NCBI GenBank assembly: GCA_964016885.1
Contig: OZ024742.1
Span: 125,364,001-125,428,000 of the forward strand
Reading direction: 5' to 3'
Length of the DNA: 64,000 nt
Source of the DNA: Eledone cirrhosa
Lineage: Eukaryota
Part shown: in pieces, positions 1 to 13,454 of the stretch
Layout: every line of letters starts with the position of its first letter
Position numbering within the stretch: position 1 is the first letter of the stretch
Translations under genes and position numbers: made by a program
Notes under the pieces: model-generated
Database searches by the model: none
Seen by the model: only the letters and a program-made list of their open reading frames with translations
What the model was told of the DNA's origin: nothing

Positions 1-530
1 GGGACAGGTTGTACTGGGATACATGTTACCAGTAGCACCAACTGGTGACCTGACACAACAAAACCTGTCAAAGGGCAAAGGAGCTCTTTAGAGTCAATGG
101 CCATCCAAAATCACTGGGAGAGATGACCCCTTAGCCTTTGTCAAGGCAGAATTCTAGGAGAAGGAAAACTCTGATATAACACCTGCAACCCTGATGGTAT
201 CCAATGATGTTGACTTGTTCTTCTTTTTGGTAAATATTATCTTGGTTAAGAGAGTGGGACTGGCTTTGTGCAGTGCCTTTGCTCACTATAAAAGCTTCAC
301 GGCACAGGCATTGCTTTATATCTGGTGATCTCTGATCTCTCTGCACTTGTCGTCACATGGTACCATGGGCCCAGCACTATGTGTCAATAATTGTCACAGG
401 TGTAGTGTTTGTACCAGAGTTTTCAAGTCGCTGGCTGGACTAAAAAGTCACACTCGTTCAGCGCATTGGTAGGGGTTCTCCTACATGGATATAAAGTAGT
501 GGCCGTACTCGAAAACGAGTTGGCAGCCAC

Positions 531-632
531 CATATATATATATATATGTATATATATGTATATATATGTATATATATATATGTATATATATATGTATGTA
601 TATATGTATATATATATATGTATATATATATG

Positions 633-677
<45 letters not shown>

Positions 678-723
678 GTGTATGTATATATATATATATT
701 TATATATATATATATATATATAT
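531..723. repeat. (TA)n/(TATG) microsatellite
   Basis: Pure dinucleotide run with TG interruptions. Similar runs occur at ~10370, 15950, 17600, 18810, 22280-22700, 27100, 33980, 35660-35920 and 55330-56160. Confidence 0.98.
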
Positions 724-2196
724 TAGATATTTGTTAGAATCATATGTTGTAATATTATAAATATATTCTATTAATAGATTCCATCTCGTGTTAACAATTT
801 TTTTTTTTTTTTTTCTAGATTTTAAATCAATCGTCTGCGTTCTTTTTTAATATTTATTTTTATATAGTATTTTGGATTGTAATGTGTTTCAGCCATACAT
901 ATATACATAAATACTCTAACGGCAAAGTAGAGATCATAAAATTTTATTTGGAAGAATAAGTAAATGAAATAGGAAAGATATCCACAGAAAACACATTGAA
1001 GCGAGTGGTTCAATATTAAAACTTTGAAAATCAGCAAGTAGAACGGGGAAAAAAATGCGTGTAAAAAGGGACAAAAACAAAGTAACTAAAAATAGAGAAA
1101 GTGAAATGTTTAACACTGCCAAAAGTTGTGAGAAAAATATACTAGTTTTGCTAGTCAGACACAATTTCCGAAAACCACATGTATCATTAACTGTTCAATA
1201 AAAATCCGAAACAGTCAGGTTTAAGTCATATGTTGAATGTGTAAAATGTCATTTGGAACCATAACAATAAATATTTATTGAAACGAAAATGACGGAAAGT
1301 ATAAACCTTAATTTCCACTTTAAACTATTCGTAAATATAAATAGATCCTCTGTCAATTTCGACGATGAATCTTTTATGTTGCTCCATTGACGGAAAAGCT
1401 ACGCATTGAATTATATTGTAAGTGGTTGCCCCTACCAAACACACACATATTCCTTTAATCATCTAATAGAATTCGTATGACAGGGCTATTTGAATTGCAA
1501 GCACATGCCATCTGACACCATCATTCTCACGCTACCCATGACCTACTTTTACTCACATGACAACTCGATTTTAGGCTGTGATAGAAGAAGTTTTCACATG
1601 ATGCGAAATTGAAGATTAGTTTTCTTCGCTTCACCTGGTGAGAGTTCAATTTAACATATTGTCAGAAAATGTAGACTAATATAATTGCCGTATTCCTTTG
1701 CGTTCTTCAATAATATGATACGATTTGCCTTGCTAGAAGATACGGTAAATTACAGATAGTTATTCAATATCAAAAAAGAACTTTTTTTATGCACATTGTA
1801 TGCCTTCTACACTGAGTATCAGGGCGAGCGATATACCGTATGACTATAAGATGGTTTTGCTTCAGGAAACGGTCATATGTGAAGTGGATTTTAGATACTG
1901 AGTATTCACAGCAAGGAAAAGTTCGATACGAATGAAACCCTTTATCAGATTTGATGTTTTGGTAACTTTGTAGTATTTGAGAATTTGAAAGAAAATTATG
2001 TGGCCATATTTACAATAATTATATTTTGTTAGTGATGTATGTGAATTTCTAGTGGATATATGGTTGTATATATATATTTGTTAAATGCAAAACACGTTGG
2101 CATATATGTAACTTCTAGAGGAGAAATTAAAAATTAAAACACATTTTTAGAGTTAGGTTGTGTTTCTAGTTCTTGAGATTTTTTTAAACGTCAACG

Positions 2197-2525
2197 GGGC
2201 GGCAAATTGGCAGAGTTGTAGGACGCCGGCTAGAATTATATACGGCATTTGTTCCGGTTGTCTGCGCTCTGAGTTCAAATCCCAACGTGGTCAACTCTGC
2301 CTGTTATTCATTCGAAGTCGATAAAAACGTATCAGTCGTGTACCTGTTCGATTCATCCATTAAATCTCTTTCTCATTTCCATTCTTTCACTCTCTTTTCC
2401 TTCCTGGGGGACAATCTGATGTACTCAGGTCTAGAGAGGTGATAGGATCCACCAGGTTTTATTATGCTCTAGAATTGCCGTATGCCAATTCGGTGCCCCC
2501 TATTCTCTCGGGAGTATTAACCTTG
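2197..2525 (+). mobile_element. tRNA-derived SINE family A copy with long 3' extension
   Basis: GGCGGC..TTGGCAGA A-box-like head, GAGTTCAAATCC B-box and 'gtcgataaaa..gtaccag' core. The 3' extension is shared with the copy at 28586-28900. Confidence 0.75.
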
Positions 2526-5500
2526 CATGCGTGTACTGATATGTCTCGGAGAAAATAGTTTTCTGTTTCTAACTGGCAATTACCTGTAATATTTTGAACA
2601 GATAAACACAGGCTAAAGTTGTTCGTAATTATCGAAATCATTATCCATAGAAGTAAATATTGGATAAGCTTAGTTCTAGTGATAGATATCGACGTCATTG
2701 AAACAAATCTGTTCTCTAAAGTTCGACTTGGTGTTTAACTAAAATCATAAGTAGCTGGGTTTCCCTAATAAATAAATTTCGATAAATTGATTCAAAGTTT
2801 TTACATAACTTATTTATAAAGAAGGGAATATTCAAGAATGTTCTCAAGTAAATCAAAACTAGCCAATGACCAGGCTGTGGTGTTAAATTGAGAGGCTGAT
2901 TAAGTCTATCATCCAATAAGCTATAGTGAGTTTCGAACCCAGAAATCAGAATCCAATAACACGTAATAAATTACAGATAACATTTTGGTACTTGAATGAC
3001 TTTGGCCGACCAAGTACAGTATCGACCAATAGGATAATATTCACAGTTGCTTACACCGGAATGTTAACTCAGGAAACAAGGTTTTGATCAAACAAACACA
3101 CAACGAAGGGTTAATAACGACATATGAACCTCTGATACCCTGTCCATAAATGCACCGGCTGTATTATGTAGCACTAATCGTGACACTCCATACTATTTGT
3201 GTGATGTTTAGCTTATGTATGCTTTTGAATATGCTTTTATGATGCCGAAAATATCGATGGCTTCTATGATCTTTATATGAAGTTAATTCTCTCCACTTCA
3301 CGGAATTTGCTTCAAGACTGATATTATTTTCAAACTTCACTTGTTACTTTGTTTTTGCTGTGAAATTTATTTTAGTTTTATTTTGAACAGAATAATAATG
3401 TAGCCATTGATATTTAGCAGTGTGTATTCATTGATTACGCTACATAATTTCACTTGCATTAAAAAAATGAAACTGCTCTTTTCCCACGTGTAAAGAAATC
3501 AGACGTAAAGTAGGGAAATATATATTTTTATTGGTATTAAACATTTATTTCCCTTGTGAATGCGACACGATTTAGCGTTTGTTTGAATATTTTGCGTTTT
3601 TCTATAATTATTTGATATCGGAATATCCACGTTTTGGTGTTTGCCTCTAAATTACTTTGTCTGGGGAATTATTTCTTAAATGCATGCAATTTTAAGAAGA
3701 GTGAAAAAATACTTTTAGCGATGAAGATGTAAAAGATGTTTTATTTTTTATCTTTTCTGCTGTTTGAAAACTACCGTTTCCTCAAACATTCTGTTTTATT
3801 GATTCTTCGATGGTTTCGTTTGATATCTGCCTGGATTCCGTCCTGAGACAGGATGTTAACTTATGAATAAAACTTTGTATTCTCTCATTTACAAATATAG
3901 ATGATTGATAATTTATTCTTTTATCGTATTTTTTGTCTTGTTTTCAAGAGTCTCTTAAACAATTTTCCACGGTGTTTGAAACTAATGGTGTTGTACTTGC
4001 CACTTCTTTAGATATATAATATTATATTTCATAACTGTTTGATGCTATATCTAATATTTATAGGTGATTAATAAACGTATCAATCATTTTCATTCTCTTA
4101 GGTTTGTTAAAAAAAATAATAATACACAAAGAAAATATTTGCATATTTCCTTTCTTCTGTGGTCAGCTGATTTTTGCATCAATCTCTGTGAACATACAAT
4201 AAATAATTGTAGTATGTAAATATTTCATGTTATGTATATTTACTTTCCTACTTTAAGAAGTCTGAGTTGACAGTTTTACTAGAAGTTTGAGTTAACATAT
4301 GATGTCAACAGGGATTATACGGTGTATAATTATTCGAAGTTATTCTACTTAAATTTATTTCAATATTTATTTAATCTTGGAAACTAGTCTCTGATATACA
4401 TTTGTATTTTCTTCAGAACAGCAATCATTTATAGATGAATTATTTGTTGTTTTTGATGTTGTCATTACTCATCCCTGCATAGATTTCACCGGCTTCATAT
4501 GAGAATGCATCTTATAAAGGTTCCCCTTTTTGTTTTTAATGATATATAACTCAGTCCAATTTTAACAGTATTAGTCGACGGGATTTGAACTCAGAATACA
4601 CATAGCCTAAGTCATGCTGTCCTTTTGTCTTTCAATACTGCTAGTTCATCGCTCTGTACTGGTATTTTATCTATCAGCCCGAAAACTACCAAAGATACAG
4701 TTGATCCCGACATGGTTTGAACTTAGGGCACAGAGAGTCAGAAAAAGTATTGCAAATTATTTTCGCCTACGCTCTTTCGATTCTGTCCAACGGATGTCCT
4801 CAGATAACCGATTACTTCACATTGACGAATTACGTAAATAAGCAAATAGCACCTGAATTTAAACGTAGATGCACCTAGAACAAACACAAAGTAATCACTG
4901 GATGACCCTATGCGTAAAGAATACACTCCCAAAACAAAGCCAACGATAGACAAAACACCCAGAAGACCAAACATGTAAAGCCAATTACAAAGTAAATGTC
5001 TATACTAGATTCACGACATCATCCATAATTCCTACCTCAAATATCGTTCATATTTCCTGACTCGTACTTCGTAAAACTACCCACAAAGCCTCCCTAAATA
5101 CCAGTATGGCAGATACATAGGTTTTCAAGCTGCAGCTGTCATGTTACGCAGTTTTTGTATAAGAATAAACAATATTTATTATTTTAGGCATTGACGTCTC
5201 GACCCCATTGCTAAATAGTTTACACCAAACAGACTAACAAAAATCCATAAAAAACGCTTGAGCACTATTCCGCTTAACAAACCGAAATCTCTGCTTTCAG
5301 TGTTAACCCCACCCTAAATCATTTGAAATTAAAAAAATACCTTTAAAAAAACAAAAAAAATGTTACTATTTTTATTTTCTGTAACTACAAATATTTAACT
5401 ACAGCCACACGTTCTGCACTAACACATATTCACCTGAACTGGAAAACATATGTAGCTACATGATTTATATCTAAGTGTCTGCAAGTACATATTTCTAATA

Positions 5501-6649
5501 CAAACACAAGTCTACATAAATCGAAAAATATGTGGAATTTAAAAGAAATAACCAAAGTTAGAAACTATGCCAAATTAGCATTGAATACATCACAAAAAAG
5601 ATATATAAAGTCACACATTAATATTTTCTCCGCTGGTGAGTTTCCCCAAGATTTTGATACCTTTTTTTGTGAGCATTCTTATAAAAAAATTTATAATAGC
5701 AACACTTGCTCAAGAGAACGAGCTTCCCATTGGAGAATTTTCCTCTAACAAACCACCCTGGAACAGGCCTTATCGCTTATCCCCCCCCACCACCACCAGA
5801 AAATTTTGTTAGAATTACATCAAATTTCAAAATGGCGATAGTCAATCACCCTGCATCTTCGTTCGAAGATGACATTAAAGCTACACTCACAAAAGTTGAT
5901 TCAGCAGCCATCTTGACAACCGAAATAGGTAACAGTAGCAACTAGCATTGCCATTAACAAGAGGAAGGCAACGACAGCAAAAGTGACAATAATAACAACA
6001 CCAGCAACAACAACATATATGTGTATACACCATCATCATACCAGCAATCACCACGCGATAATACTACTACTACTGCCACTAGTAATAATAAATCATGAGT
6101 CTTATGCCTAAACCCTATAAAAATTTGTTTCAAGCAAGGGAGTGAGGGCCTCCATGCAGATGCTTGATATGATGGAGGCGGCGGCCAAATCTCTTTCAGG
6201 TCACACCATCCTGAATTGAAGAAGGGCTCTTTTATCGACAGCTTCGAGCCCCAGTTTGGTGCCAATCATATACTAAACGGGGGTTGGGTTCCTGGGGGTA
6301 ATATGTGTGAACGAACTTTCTATTTGTCACTTTATTCGTGATCGCGTGACACATGTTGCGTGAACGCATCACATACATGTTTTTTGTACCACAGTCTCTG
6401 ACACTTCTCGCAATTCTCCAGTTTCGGCTTCCTGTCTTCTGTGCTTTAGCATCTTTCGGCTCCAACTTAGCACTTTTGTCGAATTTGACGTTTTGAATGC
6501 ATGCTTACACACACACGGTATCCAGGGCGACACTTCTTCGTTTAGGTGCATCTCAGGGCCTCGGGGTTCCTTTTTCAATTTTCGACCTCCTCTCTCCTTC
6601 GTGTTTGTGACTCACTGTTCTAAAAGAAATAATAATTTTGTTCTCCCTT

Positions 6650-8420
6650 TTTTCTTTCCTTTCTTTTTCTTCCTTCACTGTTATCAAACTTGCTGCTTTG
6701 GGGTACCAGGACACACAGGGCACTCGTCTCAACATCATCCGTGCACTCGCCCCAGGCAGTTTACAATCCTCCATTCTAACTCGTTCCCAACCTCCTATTC
6801 CATGCGGTCCAGGCATCTCTTCTCCTTACCCATATGGCGGAAGATTTGACCTACCGCGCCCCTGAACGCAATGTCCACCTCTCCTCAAACTTTCACCCCA
6901 CGGGAGCTTGACTGGTGCCACTCGTGCGCCACGCGCAACAGGAACAAGAGAGGAAGCCACTGCTCCAACTACAACAGCTTCTTCCACCTTCCTTCCGTCA
7001 AACTGACACGTCGGATTTCTTGCGGTTGTTAGGACGCAGCTCATGCGGGCAGACAATTCATAGAATATGCGCCTCCCTCGTCACCCCATCTCTTCGTAAA
7101 GCTGCACATGACTAATGCCTTCAACAGCATTAGACGAGATCACGGCCTAGAAACATTTCTCAGACGAGCCTCCTCCATCTACCCCCTCATTCACCTTTCG
7201 TAAAGAATACCTAGCTCACTCATGGCCACCGACAACAGGATTACTTCCGCCACAGATGTCCAGCAGGAGGATCCACTCGGCTCGCTCCCATTTGCGCTGG
7301 CAGTCGATAACGTAGCCCGGTCGGTCTGGTCACCCATCAATGTCTGATACCTCAACGACGCGACACTGGGTGGCCCGGATAAGACCGTAGTTGAGGACCG
7401 TCGACAAATCATCGAATCTCAAAAGCTCCTTGGACATGAGATCAACCCAACAAAGTCTAAGGTGACCAAAATCAGCTATGGAGAGGCCGAATACTGCAGC
7501 GCCGTTCTCTGTTACCATCCCATCCTGGCCGGGGCTCAGCTGACACCCAATGACGCAGCATGCATTCTCCGCTCCTCCATTCTCCCGAAAGCCATCAGAG
7601 AATGCCTGGAGACCAATCATGTAGATCTGTCCCGATTAGCAGTGAGGCTGCGCCTCATTGACGCTCATTTCGCCCTCACCAAATTCACATTTCACATTCA
7701 CGCTGCGCGGTGCAATTTTCCACACCCACGCATATCTTCTCAGGGTACATGACGCCACCATTCGACGCTGTGCGAAACTCATCTGCAATGTCAGTTTCGA
7801 CAGTGCAGGCTGGCAACAGGTGACACCCCCACCGATGTTCGGGGGTATTGGCCTCCGATCAGCTTCGGACCTAGCTTTACCTGCCTACCTCTCCTCTATC
7901 TCCTCCTGTCGCGCTCTCGTCAGCGAGGTTCTCAGCCGGACGGCCGATTTGACTTGGCCCCTGAGATGGAACGGTCCAACGTAACTGGGACGACATCAGT
8001 TGCAGGTCTTATGTCCGTGGAGATGGCAAGCGCCCCGACGGAGTCACGCTCCCTCTTCCCATTCGAAGGACGTAGATCCCTCATCTGGAACGCAAACTTC
8101 TGCGACACTTCTCCGCCTCCAACTTAGTTGCTTCGGCCACAAACCCCGGCATCGCGGTCCGCTTCGCAGAAGAACGTAAAACAAACAAATACCGGGTTTA
8201 TCCAGCCCTTTCCTCTTCGAGACCTCAGGCGTACTTGCACTTCGCAAGATCGGAACGGCGGTGGCCTGTAATAGGAGGGAGCCCCACGAGGTTGGATGGC
8301 TTTTGCAGAGGGTGTCATTGGCCAGCGGGAATGCTTTTGCCGTCTTGTCCGCGGGGCGCAGCACTTCCGCCCTCTTGCCCTAGGCCCAAAACCCATTCAC
8401 CTCTCCCCTCTCTTCTGCTA
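6650..8420 (+). mobile_element. Degenerate RLE-type non-LTR retrotransposon (CRE-like), frameshifted RT plus restriction-like endonuclease
   Basis: GC-rich island. Read across frames: 'NAFNSIRRD', 'VQQEDPLGSLPFALAVDNVARSVWSPINV*YLNDATLGG' (QQGDPL/YLDD RT motifs), 'GGIGLRSASDLALPAYLSS', 'PDGVTL' and 'AEERKTNKYR...FETSG' (RLE region). Confidence 0.75.
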
Positions 8421-9369
8421 CACCAGAGCTCTTGCCATCTCCTCCCATTCCCGTATTTTTTCTTTTTCTCTTTTATTTTCTCTATATTCCCCTATTCTTT
8501 CTTTCCTTATTATGTATTATTCTAACAGCTGATCTAAGCTATATTTGGGAGAACATAGCGGTGAAACCAATTTGTAAGTTGTTTATATCCTTCTTTACTT
8601 CATATCACAGAATTTCTTCGATAGTTTCACATTCCCGTTGTCCCCATACTTTTGTTGATAAACCAACAACTGTCTAGAATTTGCTGCTTCATTCTCTTAA
8701 ATGTTGAATTAATTCGTCTCGCACTCTATGATTAATTTATAAGGTGGCTACATATTTGGTATTCTGGCAACTTTGAATAACTTCACTATTCTTTTATATT
8801 ATATATAATCTTAGAAAATGCTTGATGCTATATTTTATACTTTTATTTTTATTTGTTGAGTTTTGATCTTGAAATTGAGTATTGTAAAATGTTTCATAAA
8901 TAAATAAGAATGATTTCTAATGATCTATTAATATTTATGTTGATGCCCCTGTTTGAAATGACAATATTAATACTTTCTGTATTTAAAAGTTTACTAATAC
9001 ATTGTATGCGTAAATTACATATGAAGGTGTGTGAATTAGTGGGTAGATCGACGAATTCACAATCTCACGCTTTGTGTTTTTGAGCAAGAGACTTTAAATC
9101 ACTCAGAAATGAGTTGTGACATCACTGGTGCCAAGTGATTTCAGCCCCTGCTTTTTCCTTGGACAATATCAGTGGCGTAGATACGGGAATGTGTTACGCA
9201 AGGGTGAATTCTGGACTTCCAAAATGCACCTTCCCAGGGCTTGTACATCGGAAGGTAAACTGTCTAGTTGTAAATACCTTGATCAGTCGTGACTTTACAC
9301 TTATATTTCGTAAAATAAAGTGAATTTTAAATTGCTTCTTAAATTCCATGCTGTATATTTACTATTATT

Positions 9370-9482
9370 AACTTTGCCTTTCATCCTTACGGGGTCGATA
9401 AAATAGAGTACCAGTCACGCACTGGTGTCAATTTCATCCCCCCCCCCCGAATTGCTGGCCTTGTGCCTAAATAAGAAACCAT
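9370..9482 (+). mobile_element. SINE family A, 5'-truncated
   Basis: 'aactttgcctttcatccttacggggtcgataaaatagagtaccagt...ggccttgtgcc' core and tail. Confidence 0.8.
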
Positions 9483-9661
9483 TATTAACCTTGATCTTGA
9501 AAACAGAAAAAGAATGGTGACACTAACTAATTTATCATGCGAGTAAGTAAAGTTATGATTGAATGTTTAACTAACACAATATTACAGGAAGGAAAGAAGT
9601 GACGTACAAATAGAACACTAAATGAACGTAATTTGCATTTCACGTTTTCTGGGTTTAATAT

Positions 9662-9915
9662 GGAGGCGCGTGGCCCAGTGGTAAAACTGTTGGACTTACG
9701 ATCATAATATCGTGGGTTCGATTCCAGGACTGGGTTTTGTGTTGTGTTCTTGAGATAAATAATTTATTTACGTTGCTCCAGTATACAATGAAAAGGAGTA
9801 CCAGCAATAGCTGTTTGTTTAACCCTATGATGGACTGGTGTCATAGCCACGGAAACCGAGATAAGCACTGGGTTTTTGAGCCTCCTTGTTATGGACAGAC
9901 TTTTACGTTCAATGT
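9662..9915 (+). mobile_element. tRNA-derived SINE family B
   Basis: 'ggaggcgcgtggcccagtggt' A box, 'gggttcgattcc' B box and 'tgtgttcttgag' core. Related copies lie at 18905, 23330, 24830, 59100, 59540, 59850 and 61626. Confidence 0.8.
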
Positions 9916-10368
9916 ACCTTATCTATGTTCTATAATCCTAGGAAGTTCATCAGGAAACTACTCCATTTCGTTCTCAAATGTAGATCAAGGGTGTGTTGCA
10001 GCATAATCACAGCGATGAGGGTTAAAATAAGCTAAAGAATAACTCCATCTGTACAATCACTACATTGACTTTACTTGATTTTGTGATTCAATATGTTTAG
10101 AGATAGTAGGCCAATATACTTTTCAACTACCGATTATACACGATAACACTCATCTTTATATATATTTATATAATAATATATAAGATCAACAGATGGTTAA
10201 AAGAGTTCCATGTATTTTATTATGCGCATTTCAAAAACAAATATCATCATGCAGTAACATTTGCGTTTTCGTCAGATAAAATAGGAAGACATGATATGAA
10301 GGTTAAAACACACTTGTGAATAGTGCAGTTTTAAATCAACATATTGTACTACAATGAAACTCACCTCC

Positions 10369-10418
<50 letters not shown>

Positions 10419-10522
10419 ACAAAGGAATTGAGGTAAGGAACCAGAAAGAGACATCGAAACGGAACCAGAAATAGCCATTGAAACGGCTTGAGCTCTGCCG
10501 TCGGGGTCATACGTTTTCCTAT
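10419..10522. mobile_element. Fold-back mini-element family F1, collapsed copy inside (TA)n
   Basis: Same leader (acaaaggaattg.ggtaaggaacc) and right arm (ccagaaatagcc..gaaacggcttgagctctgccgtcggggtcatac) as 27504-27697 and 47547-47742. Confidence 0.8.
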
Positions 10523-10929
10523 ATATATATATATATATATTTACGTATATATATATACGTATATATACGTGTGTGTGGGGGGGGGGGGGGTGCGTGCGTG
10601 TGTGTGTAAACATTGATTGAAAAGGTTTGAAGTGATGAGTGCATATTTCCTTATAATATATAACCAGCAATGTCTGTCTGTCTATCCGACAGTGGAAACA
10701 TGTGCGCGCGTGCGAATGTTTTTTGCGCACGCGTAGAGAGAGAGAGTGAGAGTCAAAGAAAGAGACAGACTGCGAGAGGGAGAGAGAGAGAGTAAATAGA
10801 CGCTAAAACACGTGCGCGCGTGCGAATGTATTTTGCGCACGCGTAGAGAGAGAGTGAGAGTGAAAGAAAGAGACAGACTACAAGAGGGGGATAGCGGGAG
10901 GGAGAGAGGGGGGAATTGAGGAGTGCTAC

Positions 10930-11133
10930 ATATATACATTTCTCTGTGTGTGTAATATATATATACACACACAGAAATATATATATATACACACAGAAAT
11001 ATGTATACATTTCTGTGTGTGTAATATATATATATATACACACAGAAATATATATACATTTCTGTGTGTGTAATATATAAATATATATATATATATATAC
11101 ACACACAAAAATATATATACATTTCTGTGTGTG

Positions 11134-11200
<67 letters not shown>

Positions 11201-11210
11201 GAAATATATG
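10930..11210. repeat. Self-inverted minisatellite (atttctgtgtgtgta-(TA)n-tacacacagaaat), about 4 units
   Basis: Unit directly visible; each unit is a hairpin around a TA run. Confidence 0.85.
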
Positions 11211-11469
11211 GTCATTTCTCTGTTTGTCTGTCTGTCTGTCTGTCTGTCCTTCCCTTAGACTCAAATGTAGGTGCTACAGAAATATTACCTTCCCCTTACT
11301 TTCTCCACTTTGGTACTAGCAAGAGAAACACTGTCGCTATAGAAACATTACCTTCCCTCTCCACTGACTTTGGTCACTGAGGCCGAGGGAATCGCTGGTT
11401 GCTATAGAGACACCTTGCACAAGCCAGAAATAACCAGTTCGAGGCGATTCTGACTTGACACCATGCCAA

Positions 11470-11630
11470 GGACCATTTGAAGAAGGTTGCCATTGAATTT
11501 GTGGTTTGAAGAAGGTTGCCATTGAATTTGTGGTTGTTGCTGCTGATAATAAGGACCAGTTGAAGAAGGTTGCCATTGAATTTGTGGTTGTTGCTGCTGA
11601 TAATAAGGACCATTTGAAGAAGGTTGCTGC
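11470..11630. repeat. Minisatellite, ~53-bp unit (ggaccatttgaagaaggttgccattgaatttgtggttgttgctgctgataataa)
   Basis: About 3 tandem units, one of them shortened. Confidence 0.9.
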
Positions 11631-12559
11631 TAATGAGGTAATGTATTAATCAGATTGCGCAGTTCCATAACCTACGTTTGATTTGTTCAATTTTTTCTTC
11701 AATTTTTTTGTTTTTTTATTGTATTTCTTATTGAAAAAATATAAATAATAAAATAAGGTTAGAAATTTAAATACGATTTAATTTCCATTTCCAGCAGCCA
11801 ATGTCCAGTGTTCAATTTCAAGAAAAACTTGGAAATAATTCAAAAAATTGAAGTTTAACTTTTGAATATTTGTTTTGACAAAAAAAAATATTTCCTTATT
11901 CACACCTAATGGTATGATTAAAATTTCATAGGAATATTTTATTCTAACCGCCAGTTATTTAAATATTATTAAAAATAATTTTTTTTTTTTAAAGAATGGA
12001 AGATTTTGTGGATTTTTTTACCACCTTCCAAGCCTTAAACACTAATTCTCGCGAATTTGTGTTTTGTAATGACCCTCAGGACGCTGCTATTGTTGATTCC
12101 AATAGTGCCTGGTATTCGAATATGTTAGTATACAATTTTTTGAATAAAATTAAGGCGCAATTAGAGCTGCCAAACAAAATCTTTTTCGGCTTCGGCCCAT
12201 ATTATTTTTGGGAAAATTCTATTGGCTCTAATGAGTCTGCCTCTGTTGGCGTTATTTGCGACAGTCACCATTTCTTGACTTTCAAGTTGGTTATGCAGAC
12301 TCATTACCTGTGCTTGAGCTGGCAGATTCGGGTCTTCACTTCAAACATTTTGACTTTTTGGATTGGATTAAATATTACCTTGATGTTGGACACAGGGCTA
12401 CAGTGAAAAAAATTGGAATTCTGAATGGATTCAAAACTTTTTCCTTGACCCAAAAATTCGTTTTTAGGTTCAGCAGACTAATGGAACTGATTGTGGTCTT
12501 TTTGCAATTGTATATTCTTTGACTAGCAGAAAACCGCTCGCCGGGTGGATTTCTGCTAG

Positions 12560-13454
12560 TCTATATATATAAAACTGAGGATGTCTGTCGTGTGTGTGTG
12601 AGTTTGAATCCCCAAAACTCGAGAACTTCGCAACCGACTGTTTTCAAAGTTTACACATGTAATACTTCTGTTTCAGGGAGTGTTCTGAGCAAAACAAATT
12701 TCAAATTTCCAATGCCCTAGGGACCGCATTGGGCGATTTAGCGATCTCTCTGTATAATTCTTAGTCTTTCTCTTTTTAGATAGATACATACATAAAACGT
12801 CGCCCCCTTACAATATATGTCTGTATGTCTGACTGTCTGCATTACGTCACTTCCCTGAGGATGTCTGTCTGTGTGTGTGTCTCTGAGTTTGAATCCCTAA
12901 AACTCGAGAAGTACCCAACCCACTTTTTTCAAACTTTACATGTGTATTACTTATATTTTAGGGAGTGTTATTCACATAAAAAAATTCAACTTTTTGATAC
13001 CCTAAAGCCCTCATTAGGTGAAAAACTGCATTGTTTCAGGTTTTTAGGGGGTTTTTTGAGTGGTTACGTGTGACTGATTTTCTTGAAATTGTAACTATGT
13101 ATTAGTCAGTCTCTTCTTCATACCGTGAGCAAAGAAAATCTAACTTTTTTATGGCCTAGAGCCCGCATTAGGTGGAAAACTTTATTTTTTCAGCGTTTTA
13201 GGGCTTTTTTGAGGCGTTACGTCTAGCCGATTTTCCCGAAATTTCAAGGCATATTATGCGCATAAAAAATTCATTTTCTTGATCCCCTAGGACCTGCTTC
13301 ATCAAGGAAAATCTTAAAGATTATCCAGCCATCAAAGTATTCGGTTTATTTTCTTTACATATTGTCCACGGATGCAGTTTTTCCACGATTAGGTATGTTG
13401 GCGGTCCGCGTTCCAAAATACCTTATCCCGTGCAACGCCGGGTACAACTGCTAG
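12560..13454 (+). mobile_element. Non-autonomous Helitron-like element
   Basis: 5' TCTATATATATAAAA and 3' GC hairpin (cccgtgcaacgccggg) followed by CTAG. Internal ~130-bp repeats. A second hairpin-CTAG end lies at 12522-12559. Confidence 0.6.

Noticed and set aside
4738-4974. Hydrophobic ORF, possible membrane-protein exon
   Set aside because: Short, no motif and no convincing splice sites.
6230-6600. Possible piggyBac-like fragment
   Set aside because: No TTAA-flanked TIR pair or catalytic motif.
9662-9735. tRNA genes
   Set aside because: A/B boxes belong to SINE heads; no intact cloverleaf.
9945-9960. Isolated CTGATGA heptamers (also ~46182 and ~59545)
   Set aside because: No stem II, GAAA or UH arrangement.
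11470-11630. Repeat array resembling CRISPR (also 58863-58992)
   Set aside because: Intervening sequences are repeated rather than unique spacers; eukaryotic context and no cas genes.
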